DNA of 64,000 bases from an uncultured delta proteobacterium (GCA_963745835.1 CAVUZH010000003.1:1056001-1120000), one strand, 5' to 3'. Shown: positions 31,096 to 41,945, counted from the stretch's first letter. Program-made: numbers and translations. The notes: generated from the letters alone by a model not told the origin.

Positions 31096-31974
31096 ATGAC
31101 CGGAGAAAAATTCGTCGACGTAGACGGCATAAGAACACGCTATTTCGACAAAGGTGACGGACCGGTTGTCGTACTGTTTCACGGCGGCCATTTTGGTTCC
31201 AACGATGTGGCCGATTGCGCTGAAGACTGGGGCCTGAACTTTGACGGACTGGCTAAGTGGTTCCACGTTTATGCGGTAGACAAGATTGGCCAAGGCCATA
31301 CCGACAATCCTAAAACGGATGCCGATTACACGATGTCGACCGTGGTTCAGCACGCTTACGGTTTTCTTAAAGCTCTCAATCTGCGCAACGTCCATCCCGT
31401 AGGGCATTCCCGGGGCGCGTATTTGGTAGCCCGACTGACCTTGGAACATCCCGAGCTGTTCCGATCGTGTATTTTGGCCGACACGAATACGCTGGCGCCG
31501 GGCATCAGTAAAAACGAGACGGTGATGGCAAACCCGCCGTTGCCACGGCTGAGCCGAGAGAGTCAACGGTGGGTGCTGCAGCGGTACTCCTTCGCCTTTG
31601 AACACATCACCGAGGAATGGCTCGAGGCGATGATGCGGATTGCGGCGCTGCAGAAATACCAGGACGCGGTGACCAAGATGGAAAACACCGGTCTCAGGAC
31701 AATCCGCTTTCTACCCCATCTGGCTAGGCAGAAGGACGAAACGCTAGGATGGATTCGGGAGCGCGGCTTGGCCAAGCCGACCCTGCTGGTTTGGGGTTAC
31801 AACGATCCCACGGCGACGTTAGATCAAGGTCAGGCTTTGTTCGATCTGCTTGCGCGTAGTACGCCGGATTCGCGGATGCAGGTTTTCAACCGGGCCGGTC
31901 ATTTTACCTATCGGGAGCACCCGGTCGAATTCAATGAGTTGCTGCGATCGTTTATCCAGCGAAACATCGGGTAA
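31096..31974 (+). CDS. Alpha/beta hydrolase (C-C hydrolase-like)
   Basis: HGG, GHSRG nucleophile elbow, WGYND, AGH. Confidence 0.9.
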   Translation: MTGEKFVDVDGIRTRYFDKGDGPVVVLFHGGHFGSNDVADCAEDWGLNFDGLAKWFHVYAVDKIGQGHTDNPKTDADYTMSTVVQHAYGFLKALNLRNVHPVGHSRGAYLVARLTLEHPELFRSCILADTNTLAPGISKNETVMANPPLPRLSRESQRWVLQRYSFAFEHITEEWLEAMMRIAALQKYQDAVTKMENTGLRTIRFLPHLARQKDETLGWIRERGLAKPTLLVWGYNDPTATLDQGQALFDLLARSTPDSRMQVFNRAGHFTYREHPVEFNELLRSFIQRNIG

Positions 31975-32023
31975 ACGCGAACAGATGGCGAGAATTTCGT
32001 AAACCTTTGAAAGATTCGATAAG

Positions 32024-33025
32024 GTGGCAAGTTATCTCCTTCATCGACTCGCTGGCACCATTCCAGTTCTTCTTCTCATTAGTCTGCTTGTTTTCCTGCT
32101 CATTCATGCGGCGCCGGGCGATCCAACGCTGCTCCTCCTAGGGGAAGAAACCAATGCAGCGGAAGTCGCCAGGGCCAAGGAGCGTTGGGGATTGGACCGG
32201 CCGTTGTACGTTCAGTATCTCAAATTTCTCAATTCGGCGGTTGCCGGAGACTTCGGCAAGTCCTTTAAATACGGCGAGGCGGTGACCAGTGTCATCAAAT
32301 CGAGACTGCCTGCGACTATAGAGCTGGCGGTTTTCTCTATCATCATCGCAACTTGTCTGGCCATTCCGTTAGGGGTATGGGCTGGCTCGCGACCCAATTC
32401 ATGGCTCGACAATTTCGGAACGACATTCGGCCTTTTCGGGATCAGCATGCCCAGCTTCTGGCTTGCCATCATGCTGATTCTGCTCATGGCCGGGATCCTC
32501 AATCTCCTGCCAACCTCCGGGCGCAGTACCTACGGCGTCGCTGGACCCGAACAGACCGGGTTCTACATACTGGATAGTCTTCTGCAGCAAAACTGGCCGG
32601 CGGCTTGGGATGCGCTCAGGCACATTTTGTTGCCGGCCTTGGCCCTCGGCGTCAATATGCTGGGAATTTTAATGCGCGTTACACGATCGTCAATTCTTGA
32701 GGTGATGAACGAAGAGTATGTCACCACCGCCCGCGCAAAGGGATTGGCGGAACGTAGAGTCGTCTGGCGCCACGTCATTAGCAACGCTCTGATTCCGGTA
32801 ATTACAGTGGTGGGCCTGGAGCTTGGGACTCTGCTAAGCGGCTCGATCATCGTAGAAACCGTGTTCGCATGGCCAGGCAGTGGCAGCCTGCTAATTACCG
32901 CTCTTAATTCGCGCGACTATCCTCTGGTCACGGGTCTGGTGATGAGCTATACCGTGGCATTTGTCATCATTAATCTAATTATCGATGGATTATATGCGGT
33001 CATTGACCCTCGAATCCGCTTCTGA
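32024..33025 (+). CDS. ABC permease DppB-like
   Basis: PGDP, RLPATIEL, TARAKG (EAA loop), DPRIR. Confidence 0.93.
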   Translation: MASYLLHRLAGTIPVLLLISLLVFLLIHAAPGDPTLLLLGEETNAAEVARAKERWGLDRPLYVQYLKFLNSAVAGDFGKSFKYGEAVTSVIKSRLPATIELAVFSIIIATCLAIPLGVWAGSRPNSWLDNFGTTFGLFGISMPSFWLAIMLILLMAGILNLLPTSGRSTYGVAGPEQTGFYILDSLLQQNWPAAWDALRHILLPALALGVNMLGILMRVTRSSILEVMNEEYVTTARAKGLAERRVVWRHVISNALIPVITVVGLELGTLLSGSIIVETVFAWPGSGSLLITALNSRDYPLVTGLVMSYTVAFVIINLIIDGLYAVIDPRIRF

Positions 33026-33891
33026 AAAAACCCCCGGCGCGGTCTCAAGCGCGTTAGGACGGCTTCACGCAAAAGCATTCAGCGGCGGTTCAATCGTTGT
33101 TGATTTTTATCCTCCTCGGAATCTTCGGTCCGTCGCTCGCGCCCCACGATCCAAACAAGCAGGAACTCACGGCAATGATGAAGCCGCCACAAGGGATGGG
33201 CGGCGCGCACGTGCTCGGCACAGACAATTTGGGACGTGACATTTTGAGCCGCATTGTTTATGGCGCGCGGGTTTCGCTCCTTGTGGCATTTGCGGTGGTT
33301 TTCGTTTCCGGCCTCATCGGTGTCATCCTGGGCGCAATCTCCGGATATATCGGTGGCAAAGCCGACTTCCTCATTCAAAAATTGGTGGAGGTCATTTGGG
33401 CGTTTCCGCCGCTTTTGCTCGGCATCACCATCATGGCCTTCTTTGGCCAGGGTCTAACCAACCTGATCTTCGCGTTGGTGGCGCAGCGCTGGATTCCTTA
33501 CTGCCGAGTGGTGCGCGGCCAAGCTCTCTCCCTGCGCGAGCGCGACTTTGTTATGGCGGCTCGCTGTCTTGGCGCGACCAAAAGCCAGATTATCGGGCGC
33601 CACATTCTTCCCAATCTGATTCAAACATCGCTGGTAATCGGCACCTTTGCGATGGCATCGTCAATTATCGCCGAAGCGAGCTTGAGTTTTCTCGGTGTCG
33701 GCGTGCCGCCGGACATTCCCACGTGGGGTACCATGCTTGCCGATGCGCGCATCTACATCAGCACTTCATGGTGGATGCCGCTGTTTCCCGGCCTGTGTAT
33801 CTTCATAACGGTTTTGGGCATAAACCTGCTCGGCGATGCCTTGCGCGACATTCTCGACCCGCGGCTAAAAAGAACCGGCTCCGGCGTTTAA
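32994..33891 (+). CDS. ABC permease DppC-like; N-terminus apparently frameshifted near 33096
   Basis: HVLGTDNLGRD, AARCLGA, SLSFLG, LRDILDP. An overlapping ATG at 32994 is one frame off; TTG 33097 lacks an RBS. Confidence 0.85.
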
Positions 33892-34015
33892 GGTCGCATC
33901 AGCAATTCGGTTAATGCTGCGTTTTCGGATGAAATTCCGTTAGTAGCTAAAGCGAACCTCCACCTCAAGCTGCGCTTTCATTGATTCTCTTAACAACTCG
34001 TGTAATTTTACTAAA

Positions 34016-35419
34016 ATGCGTAGAACCAAGATCGTTTGCACCATCGGTCCGGCCAGTGCCTCAAGCAAAGTTCTTAAAGGCCTCATTCAAGCCGGCATGA
34101 ACGTGGCGCGCCTGAACTTTAGCCACGGCGACTACTCTTTTCACAAACAGGTAATTCAAAACATCCGCCAGATCGCCCGCCGGCTCGACAAACCTGTGGC
34201 GATCTTGCAGGATTTGGCCGGACCCAAGCTTCGTCTCGGACCGGTGGCTGCCGACCGGGTACGCTTGACGACGCGGCGCCCTTTCGTCCTCACTACCCGG
34301 CAGATTCTCGGTTCTGAGCTGGCGGTTTCCGTCAATTACAAAGGTTTGACCCGCGCGGTAAAGAAAGGCGATCCGATTTTGCTCGGAGATGGCGAGATCG
34401 AGCTCGAAGCGGTCAAAGTCAGCGGCACCGAAGTAACCTGTAAAATTATCTTCGGGGGTATCCTCGGATCGCACAAAGGTATTCACTTCCCGCGTAGCAG
34501 TTTGGATGTCCGCTCCCTCACTGCTCGCGATAAGCAGGATCTCGCGTTCGGCATCGAGCAGAAAGTAGATCTGGTTGCTTTGTCTTTTGTGCGTAATAGC
34601 GAAGACATAGTCTATGCGCGCCGCGAGATGAAGAATCGCGGCGCCTCCATCCCGATCATTGCAAAAATCGAGAAACACGAAGCGCTCGACCACATTGACG
34701 CGATACTCGAGAAAGTCGACGGTATTATGGTGGCGCGCGGCGACCTAGGTCTAGAGATCGCGCCGGAGAAAATTCCGGCGATGCAAAAAATGATGATTCG
34801 CAAGGCCAATACGCTCGGCAAGCCGGTCATCACGGCGACTCAGATGTTGCGCTCCATGGTTCAAAACCCGCGCCCGACACGCGCCGAGGTCGCGGATATC
34901 GCCAATGCGGTGCTGGATGGCACCGATGCGCTTATGCTGTCGGAAGAGTCGGCTGCTGGTGACTACCCGGTGGAGTCGGTTAGAACAATGGCTCGGGTCG
35001 CGGAGGAGACCGAGCAGATCCTTGAGCCGCGTTATCAATTCCCCGGCCGCCGGCAGAGCGTGCCCGAAGCGATCAGTTTTGCAGCGATCTCTTTGGCGCG
35101 AGACCTGAAGGTCAAAGCGTTTCTCATTCCTACTTCATCTGGCAGCACCGCGCGAATGATTTCTCGTTACCGACCGCCTCATCCGATCATCGCAATCAGT
35201 CCGGAACCTCAAGCCGTGAAAATGCTTTGTCTGGTTTGGGGTGTCTATCCAGTGCAGGTGCCCGGCTTCCAGAGCACCGATGTGATGTTGAAAGTCGCGC
35301 AGCAAAAAGCAGTCAAGTTCGGCTTTGTCAAACGCGGCGATCTTGTCGCCATCACCGCCGGCCTACCGCTACACCAGCCGGGTACCACCAATATGATTAC
35401 TGTCAAAGTTGTCGAGTGA
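34016..35419 (+). CDS. pyk: Pyruvate kinase
   Basis: RRTKIVCTIGP, ARLNFSHG, IIAKIEK, MVARGDLG, ATQML, PTRAE. Confidence 0.98.
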   Translation: MRRTKIVCTIGPASASSKVLKGLIQAGMNVARLNFSHGDYSFHKQVIQNIRQIARRLDKPVAILQDLAGPKLRLGPVAADRVRLTTRRPFVLTTRQILGSELAVSVNYKGLTRAVKKGDPILLGDGEIELEAVKVSGTEVTCKIIFGGILGSHKGIHFPRSSLDVRSLTARDKQDLAFGIEQKVDLVALSFVRNSEDIVYARREMKNRGASIPIIAKIEKHEALDHIDAILEKVDGIMVARGDLGLEIAPEKIPAMQKMMIRKANTLGKPVITATQMLRSMVQNPRPTRAEVADIANAVLDGTDALMLSEESAAGDYPVESVRTMARVAEETEQILEPRYQFPGRRQSVPEAISFAAISLARDLKVKAFLIPTSSGSTARMISRYRPPHPIIAISPEPQAVKMLCLVWGVYPVQVPGFQSTDVMLKVAQQKAVKFGFVKRGDLVAITAGLPLHQPGTTNMITVKVVE

Positions 35420-35709
35420 TGCTTGCTGACGCTGATAATTCCGCCTGAAAATCTTTGGCTCTAGCGATGGATTTCTCTCGGCCACCTGATCGGTTAAAGG
35501 CTCGTTCGCCAGTCTGTCTTATTGGCAATGCGCAACGCTAACGCACCGACTTGCGCGCCCGCCGTCTTCACTCCTTCATAGCGCATCAGATTTCATCCGA
35601 TGCGCCGTTAGCTTCCCGTTCTGTTTCTCTGGGCTACCGAGTTCACGCCTTGCAAGCGTGACTCAAAGTGGGCTAGAACCACAATGAATCACCATGGAGG
35701 TAAAGAGCC

Positions 35710-36720
35710 ATGTCCGAGCTACTCAAAGCGTTCGAGGATGAACTTCAGAGTAAAAACTTCAAAGGCTATTGGCAAAATGTTCAAGGCGATGTCCATCGAG
35801 AACCGGTGCCGTCATATGAACCTTGTCACTGGAGGGGCAAAGATCTCTTTGCCGCCATCGAGAAAGCCGGCGAGGTTGTCGGGCTCGATCTGTCGTTTCG
35901 GCGGGTGATTCAACTCTGGAATCCATCGCTAAAGAACGGCACGACCCGGACTTTAGTATTGAACCTGCAGATGCTGAAGTCCGGCGAAGAAGCTCTTAGC
36001 CACCGTCACATCGCCGGTGCGGTCCGTTTTGTCGTTAAAGGGAGCGGCGCCCGGCTGATCGTCGAAGGCGAGTCTTTCGAAATCGGCGAAGGAGACTTTG
36101 CGACGACGCCGAGTTGGACCTGGCATGATCACGAAAACAATGCAGGTCAAACGATGCTCTGGCTAGATGGCTTGGATTCCCCGCTGGTCCGACTGCTCGA
36201 AACTGACTTTCACGAACCCGATCCGCGCAAGAAGCAAACCGTAAACAAGCCCGAAGGTTATTCGGCGTCAACGCTCGGAGCATTGCGGCCCTCGTGGATG
36301 CGCGCGCACGGTATTCAGCCTCCGGCATTTGCCTACAAGTGGGCCGACACTGAAAAGGCCTTGAACAAAGTCGGCGAGCAACCTGGCGACCCCTACGATG
36401 GCATCGTCTTGGACTATGCCAATCCGCTCACCGGCGGACCCACTTTACCGACCATGTCTTGTCAGATCCACATGCTACGCTCAGGCGAAAAGACCAAAAG
36501 CCATCGTCACACGAGTTCAACGATCTATTATGTTCATCGTGGCAGCGGCGTGAGCACCATCGGCGATAAACGATACGAATGGGAACAAGGCGACTCGTTC
36601 GTTGTGCCCCTCTGGTACCATCATCATCATGAGAACACCGCCAAAGATCCGGCAATTTTTTTCGTCATGTCCGACAAGCCTCTAATGGATGCGATCGACC
36701 ATTATCGCGAACAAGCCTAG
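35710..36720 (+). CDS. Bicupin, gentisate 1,2-dioxygenase-like
   Basis: SHRH, TPSWTWHDH, WLDGLD, YANPLTGG, second SHRH. Confidence 0.88.
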   Translation: MSELLKAFEDELQSKNFKGYWQNVQGDVHREPVPSYEPCHWRGKDLFAAIEKAGEVVGLDLSFRRVIQLWNPSLKNGTTRTLVLNLQMLKSGEEALSHRHIAGAVRFVVKGSGARLIVEGESFEIGEGDFATTPSWTWHDHENNAGQTMLWLDGLDSPLVRLLETDFHEPDPRKKQTVNKPEGYSASTLGALRPSWMRAHGIQPPAFAYKWADTEKALNKVGEQPGDPYDGIVLDYANPLTGGPTLPTMSCQIHMLRSGEKTKSHRHTSSTIYYVHRGSGVSTIGDKRYEWEQGDSFVVPLWYHHHHENTAKDPAIFFVMSDKPLMDAIDHYREQA

Positions 36721-36780
36721 GTTCATCTTCCCGGCCGTTTTAGAAAAGATCGAGATACCGTAGCCAGAGGGAGCAGTGAG

Positions 36781-37527
36781 ATGTTCAATCTAACTGACCG
36801 ACTAAGCCCCGACGAATTCATCGATACCTTTTTCGAAGTTAATAAACGCGACCACCAACGCCCGCCGCACCCGTGGGATGCTCTGTTTCGCGATGGCCGG
36901 TGTACCAAGGAGCAGCTCCAGGGTTGGGCCAAGGAACGTTACTACTTCACCAAGCAGGTGCCGATCAAGGAATACTCAATTCTATACAATTGCCCCTTCC
37001 CGGAAGTGCGCCGATCCTGGCTGCCTAAGGCAATCGAAGAAGAAGGCGAAGATCTTATCGGTAAGCCTGGCAAGCCGCATCCTGAATATTGGTTGGACAT
37101 GTGCGAGGGTCTCGGTCTGGATCGCGAATTTGCCAAGAACTCAGAACCGCTTTATGGCGTAAAGTTCGCCGTCGATAGCTTCGCCAACGCCGCGTTCAAA
37201 GAGTCTTGGTTGATGGGGGTCGCCGTCTCCGAAGGAGACGATACCGCCAAGGCCATGATCCGTGACTTGGAGGTTTTCCGGAAACACTATACGTGGGTTC
37301 CGGACCATGCGTTAGAATTTTATAGGCTGCATGCCGGCGTCGACGTGGAGCATGGCATTCTTCGGAAAGAGATATTAAAAAAATATGCGACCACAAAGGA
37401 ACTCCAGGAACAGTGCATCAACGCCCAGCTGATGAAAAACAATATGCGCCGCGTCATGGCGGATTGCATCTACATGGCGTATGTCGTTCAGGGCATGACT
37501 TGCGAGTCGACTAGCGCCGCGGCCTAG
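36781..37527 (+). CDS. Second heme-oxygenase-like diiron protein (PqqC/CADD-like)
   Basis: HPW, RYYF...PIKE, IEEEG...PH, VSEG, LHAGVDVEH. Confidence 0.82.
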   Translation: MFNLTDRLSPDEFIDTFFEVNKRDHQRPPHPWDALFRDGRCTKEQLQGWAKERYYFTKQVPIKEYSILYNCPFPEVRRSWLPKAIEEEGEDLIGKPGKPHPEYWLDMCEGLGLDREFAKNSEPLYGVKFAVDSFANAAFKESWLMGVAVSEGDDTAKAMIRDLEVFRKHYTWVPDHALEFYRLHAGVDVEHGILRKEILKKYATTKELQEQCINAQLMKNNMRRVMADCIYMAYVVQGMTCESTSAAA

Positions 37528-37661
37528 CGTGAACGCGAGAAATCGCCGGCCCATGCTTACGCTGTCGCCTATCACGTCTCATTTTGGCCGTACACTGGTT
37601 AGATCTCGCTCCATTTAGCGTTCGGAGGGATTTGCCGGTTCGGATCGATTCGGCGAGACTA

Positions 37662-38636
37662 ATGATGACACGATTCTACACCGCGATATTACTGCTGCTG
37701 ATCTCGCTTCTGCTGTCAAATCAGGCCGGCGCCGCTCCCCTGCGCATCGCTTACAGCTCGATCAGCGGTGCCATGCTACCGCTGTGGGTGGCCAAAGACT
37801 CCGGGCTTTTCGCCAAGCACGGTGTCGACGTTGACTTAACTTACATCCGAGGCGTTGCTATCGAAGCGCTGCTAGCGGGCGAAGTCCAGTTTGTCCGCGC
37901 CTCGCCGCCCTCGGTTGTGCGCTCCGCACTCCGAGGTTCCGATCTCGCGTTTATTGCCAATACCATCAACGTTGCGGTTTTTTCCCTGATGTCGAAACCT
38001 GAACTGCAAAAGCCAGAAGATTTGAAGGGTAAAAAAATCGGCGTCACCAATCTTGGCGATTCGCCTGATCTGGTTTTGAGTTTACTGCTGGAGAAATGGG
38101 GACTGCAGCGCGGCAAAGATCTTGCGGTTTTAGGGATCCGCGGCGGCATGCCCGAACTGCTCATTTCCGTCAGTAAAGGATTCGTCGATGCAGGCATGAT
38201 TTCGGCGCCAAGCAATCGACGCGGCATTAAGATGGGCTTGCGCGAGTTTGTCGACACAGCGGATTTGGGCATTCCATATATCAATTCACCGCTCAGTACT
38301 CGGCGATCTACCATCAAAAACCACCGCGACACGGTACTGCGCGTGCTAAGAGGCTACTACGAAGCGGTACTACGAACCCGACGTGATCGGGATAGTGCGA
38401 TGAAGATTCTTGCGAAATACGTGCGCGTCAGCGATCCGGAGATTTTGTCCGAAGTTTACCAAATCTACGGCGTCAAGCAGCTGCAGCCGGATATCAACGT
38501 CGATATCGATGGCATCAAGGGACTGTTGAAAGGTTTGGGCAGCGAAGCAGTGGGAGCAAACCCCGCTACGTTTGTCGATTTGTCGTTGATCGAGCAACTT
38601 GAACGAGAAGGATTTTTCTCCGCCAGAGATCGGTGA
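37662..38636 (+). CDS. NitT/TauT-family ABC substrate-binding protein
   Basis: Signal peptide; PLWVAKDSGLFAKHG, DLKGKKIG. Confidence 0.88.
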   Translation: MMTRFYTAILLLLISLLLSNQAGAAPLRIAYSSISGAMLPLWVAKDSGLFAKHGVDVDLTYIRGVAIEALLAGEVQFVRASPPSVVRSALRGSDLAFIANTINVAVFSLMSKPELQKPEDLKGKKIGVTNLGDSPDLVLSLLLEKWGLQRGKDLAVLGIRGGMPELLISVSKGFVDAGMISAPSNRRGIKMGLREFVDTADLGIPYINSPLSTRRSTIKNHRDTVLRVLRGYYEAVLRTRRDRDSAMKILAKYVRVSDPEILSEVYQIYGVKQLQPDINVDIDGIKGLLKGLGSEAVGANPATFVDLSLIEQLEREGFFSARDR

Positions 38637-38738
38637 TTCGAGCCCAGAAGTCAGATAGATTCTGCGCCGGAGTTACAAGGGTCTTTCCGGAACATTTATG
38701 CCGTCCGGAGAAGACCCTTCGAAAATTCGCCGTCCGAG

Positions 38739-39371
38739 CTAACGCGCGCCCTCTTTGGATCCGCTCTTTGCTCCACTTCTCGACCCACTCTTTGCGTTAC
38801 CTTTGGATTCTGTTTTAATCTGCTTCTCCGTTGATTGCGCAAGCTCAAGGTGTTTCTTCAAAATCGGCAGGTTTTCGCTGGCGAATTTTTTTAATTCGGG
38901 GTCCTTACCCTTATCTGCCTGAGTCTGAAATTTTTCGATATCCTCTTTGTGATCATCGACCATCGTCTCCATGTACTCCCGATCAAATTCGGCGCCGGAT
39001 AGTTTTGTCAACTTATCCATCGTCGATTTGTGCTCTCCTGAAGGTTGGGTAGGAAGATCCACGCCTTTGCTGGAAGCGATTTTTTTTAACTGCGTATTAG
39101 CTTTGCTGTGATCGGCCTGCATGCGTTTGCCGAATTCTTTTACACGCTGGTGCGACCCCTTTTCAGCGGCGATCTTACCCAGCTCCACTTCCATTAGCCC
39201 TCCGGAAGCGGCTTCTTTCATGAATCGCTCCTCACCGCTAGGAAGCTTGCCTTTACTCTCCTTGCGGCTTTCTCCTGCCTTTGTGCTGTCACTTGCCGCT
39301 AACGCAAAGTCACTGGAAAATATGAAAGCTGCCGCGATCATCAACGCCGAAACTTTGGCTAGTCGTATCAT
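38739..39371 (-). CDS. DUF4142 secreted protein
   Basis: Signal peptide; EVELGKIA, MQADH, FDREYM..MVDDH, HLELA; RBS GGAGG. Confidence 0.9.
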   Translation of the reverse strand: MIRLAKVSALMIAAAFIFSSDFALAASDSTKAGESRKESKGKLPSGEERFMKEAASGGLMEVELGKIAAEKGSHQRVKEFGKRMQADHSKANTQLKKIASSKGVDLPTQPSGEHKSTMDKLTKLSGAEFDREYMETMVDDHKEDIEKFQTQADKGKDPELKKFASENLPILKKHLELAQSTEKQIKTESKGNAKSGSRSGAKSGSKEGAR

Positions 39372-39410
39372 GGGTCCACCTCCGTTTTTAATCATCGTGG
39401 ACCTAAGTTG

Positions 39411-39426
39411 AGCAAAGCATATGCCA
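39411..39426 (-). promoter_or_regulatory. Sigma54 (-24/-12) promoter of the DUF4142 gene
   Basis: Minus strand TGGCAT-ATGCT-TTGCT matches TGGCAC-N5-TTGCW. Confidence 0.7.
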
Positions 39427-39774
39427 CAGAGCTGCGTAAAAGTTCGCGCACACGTCGAAGGTTTCTATCAGGATAACTCTTCATGTCGAGGATCATGCGC
39501 GCATCTCATGAATCATTCTCAGGACAGCCAGATTCGGCCCGTCACGGCCTTGGGACAATACATGATCCAGGGGCTTTGTGATGAAAACGAGATCAAAGAC
39601 TATGAGCAAAACACGCGAGCTGTTTGGTAGGAAAACGGTATGACAATCGCTCGACGATTCCACCTCGTCAGGAATGTGGCGATTTAAATATTACATGGCT
39701 AGGGCTATAGCGGCGGGCTGATATAGCTTACCTTGATGTGATGCACGGCAACGGCATGTGCCGATTCTTGACGG

Positions 39775-40752
39775 TTACGGTTTCCACCCGGCTTTGGTGA
39801 GTTGCTGGTCTGCTTGGCGGGCGAAACTAAAGTCATAGGCTCGCTCAATCGGCACGACTTCACTCACCCCGGCTATTTCACGGACGATGGCGAGGTCATT
39901 GCGTTGCGCCTCTTCGTCGACGACTCCGTTGGCCGTGAAAGTTTTTGCGATATCGTCGTACATGCGTATGACGAGTGTGTTATCGAGCTCGGTAAATTTG
40001 GTTGCCGCGGCAATTGCCCCTTCGCGATTGTGCCGCACAAAACGCAATGCTTTGACAACGGCGCGGGCGAAACCGGCCATCACCTTAGGCTGTTCTTTGA
40101 TGAAGCGGTCCGAGGTGGCGATGGTGCCCCAGGAATTTTTCACTTCCTTGCCCATAAACATAAGATCTTTCATTCCTTGGTCGATCGCAGCGTAACGTTC
40201 CTCGGGGCTCAAGATAGCGGCATCCACGGCGCCGGATAGAAGCGAAGGCAACCGATTGACCGGCCCGGGATCGACAAAGACCACATCTTTATTGCCGTCC
40301 ATGCCGTATTTGCCCATGATGTTTCTGAACATGAACGCCGCGATGGAGGCAACGCCCGTGGTTCCGACCTTTTTACCTTTAAGATCCTTAATCGATGAGA
40401 TATTGGGCCGCGCTACCACCCATTGCAGAACCTGATCATTGGCAGCGATAACAGTTTTTAAAGGCGCGCCCCCTTTGGAAATTGCCACTAGCGCGCTGCT
40501 GCCTGAACCAGAAAATTGCACGTTACCGGCAGTCAACGCCTGTAGACCAGGCGCGTTTTGCATGTAAACAAGCTTAAGCTCGATTCCCTCTTCCTTCAGG
40601 TATCCTCGATCCTGAGCGATCGGCAAAATCGTGTACTGAAAAGCCTTCGACGTTAGTGCCACGGTAACCGTCTCCTGGCTGAGTCCAACCCGGTCCGAAA
40701 TACCCAGGAAAATAGCGGAACAAAGAAAGAAAGAGAAAAACTTAACTGACAT
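39775..40752 (-). CDS. NitT/TauT-family ABC substrate-binding protein (orphan)
   Basis: RBS AAGGAGG; IAQDRGYLKEEG, DLKGKKVG; no cognate permease adjacent. Confidence 0.88.
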   Translation of the reverse strand: MSVKFFSFFLCSAIFLGISDRVGLSQETVTVALTSKAFQYTILPIAQDRGYLKEEGIELKLVYMQNAPGLQALTAGNVQFSGSGSSALVAISKGGAPLKTVIAANDQVLQWVVARPNISSIKDLKGKKVGTTGVASIAAFMFRNIMGKYGMDGNKDVVFVDPGPVNRLPSLLSGAVDAAILSPEERYAAIDQGMKDLMFMGKEVKNSWGTIATSDRFIKEQPKVMAGFARAVVKALRFVRHNREGAIAAATKFTELDNTLVIRMYDDIAKTFTANGVVDEEAQRNDLAIVREIAGVSEVVPIERAYDFSFARQADQQLTKAGWKP

Positions 40753-40910
40753 TGAAAGCACCTCCTTTGATGCTGACCCTTTCGTCGGGCCTATGTCGAC
40801 GCTCATTCTTGAGAGCGTCGAGCTTACCGTGCCAACGAGAACTGCGCCGTACCCTACTACCGCATCGTCGTTTCAGTCAATTGAAATACTCTCACGCGTT
40901 GAGGTACGCA

Positions 40911-40940
40911 TTGACATAGCAGCTTAGGCTTGGATAGGCT
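40911..40940 (+). promoter_or_regulatory. Sigma70-like promoter
   Basis: TTGACA-18 nt-TAGGCT upstream of RBS GGAGGAGG and ATG 40974. Confidence 0.5.
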
Positions 40941-40973
40941 GATTGGGAAAGACACGACGGAGGAGGAGCGAAT

Positions 40974-41945
40974 ATGAAAGCTGTTCGCATTCACAATTTC
41001 GGTCCAACCGAAGATGTGCTCCAATTCGAAGAAGTGCCCATGCCGGAGCCGGGCCCTGGCGAGCTATTGATCAAAGTCGAGGCAGCTTCGCTGAACCGAG
41101 CCGATCTCGGCTTACGCAGCGGTAACTATCGCGTTGCTCCGCAAGATCTGCCGATCATTCCAGGCCGCGAATTCGCCGGGCGAGTGACCAAACTGGGCGA
41201 CGGTGTGAGTGACTTCCAAGTCGGGCAACGCGTTGTCGCCTACACCGGCACCGGCGGATATGCCGAGTACGCCAAAGCGAAAGTATCTGAAGTGCGGCCG
41301 CTACCGGATGGCGTGGACGCCGCTGCGGCAGCAGCGATTCCAACAGTCTTTTTAACCGCTTGGTTCGCTCTGATGGAAGAAGGTAACCTCAGGTCGGGCG
41401 AATGGCTGCTGGTGCAAGCTGGCAGCAGCGGCGTCGGTATCGCGGCAATTCAAATCGGCAAGCATGCCGGCGCTAAAGTAGTTACAACGACGAGTGGCGA
41501 TGAGAAAGCGCGCAGACTGCGGCAACTTGGCGCCGATGCGGTAATCGATTACACCCAAACGGATTTGGTTGCGGAAGGTAGGCGCGCTACAGGCAATCGC
41601 GGCTTTGATGTCGTGCTCGAGATGATCGGCGGCGAGGTTTACCAGAAAAGTATCGAACTCCTTGGGCCCGCCGGGCGGCTGGTTTCTATCGGCGGTGCCT
41701 TTGGCAAAATCCCGGACACGCCTCCCGCTCTCAAGGACGGACGAACCGCCAGCCGCTTCTCGATCACGAACTACTTAAAAGCGCAGCCCGAAGGATTCAA
41801 ACAGCTCGATGTTGCCCTGCAATGGGTGCGTGATGGAAAATTCCAAGTAGTAATCGATCGAAGCTTCCCGTTGGCCGAAACACGCGCCGCGCAACGTTTT
41901 CTCGAAGGGCGGGAGCACTTTGGTAAGATCGTCTTGATTCCGTAA
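40974..41945 (+). CDS. NADPH:quinone oxidoreductase (MDR family, Zn-independent)
   Basis: LNRAD, GREFAG, GGYAEY, AGSSGVG, GKIVL. Confidence 0.92.
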   Translation: MKAVRIHNFGPTEDVLQFEEVPMPEPGPGELLIKVEAASLNRADLGLRSGNYRVAPQDLPIIPGREFAGRVTKLGDGVSDFQVGQRVVAYTGTGGYAEYAKAKVSEVRPLPDGVDAAAAAAIPTVFLTAWFALMEEGNLRSGEWLLVQAGSSGVGIAAIQIGKHAGAKVVTTTSGDEKARRLRQLGADAVIDYTQTDLVAEGRRATGNRGFDVVLEMIGGEVYQKSIELLGPAGRLVSIGGAFGKIPDTPPALKDGRTASRFSITNYLKAQPEGFKQLDVALQWVRDGKFQVVIDRSFPLAETRAAQRFLEGREHFGKIVLIP

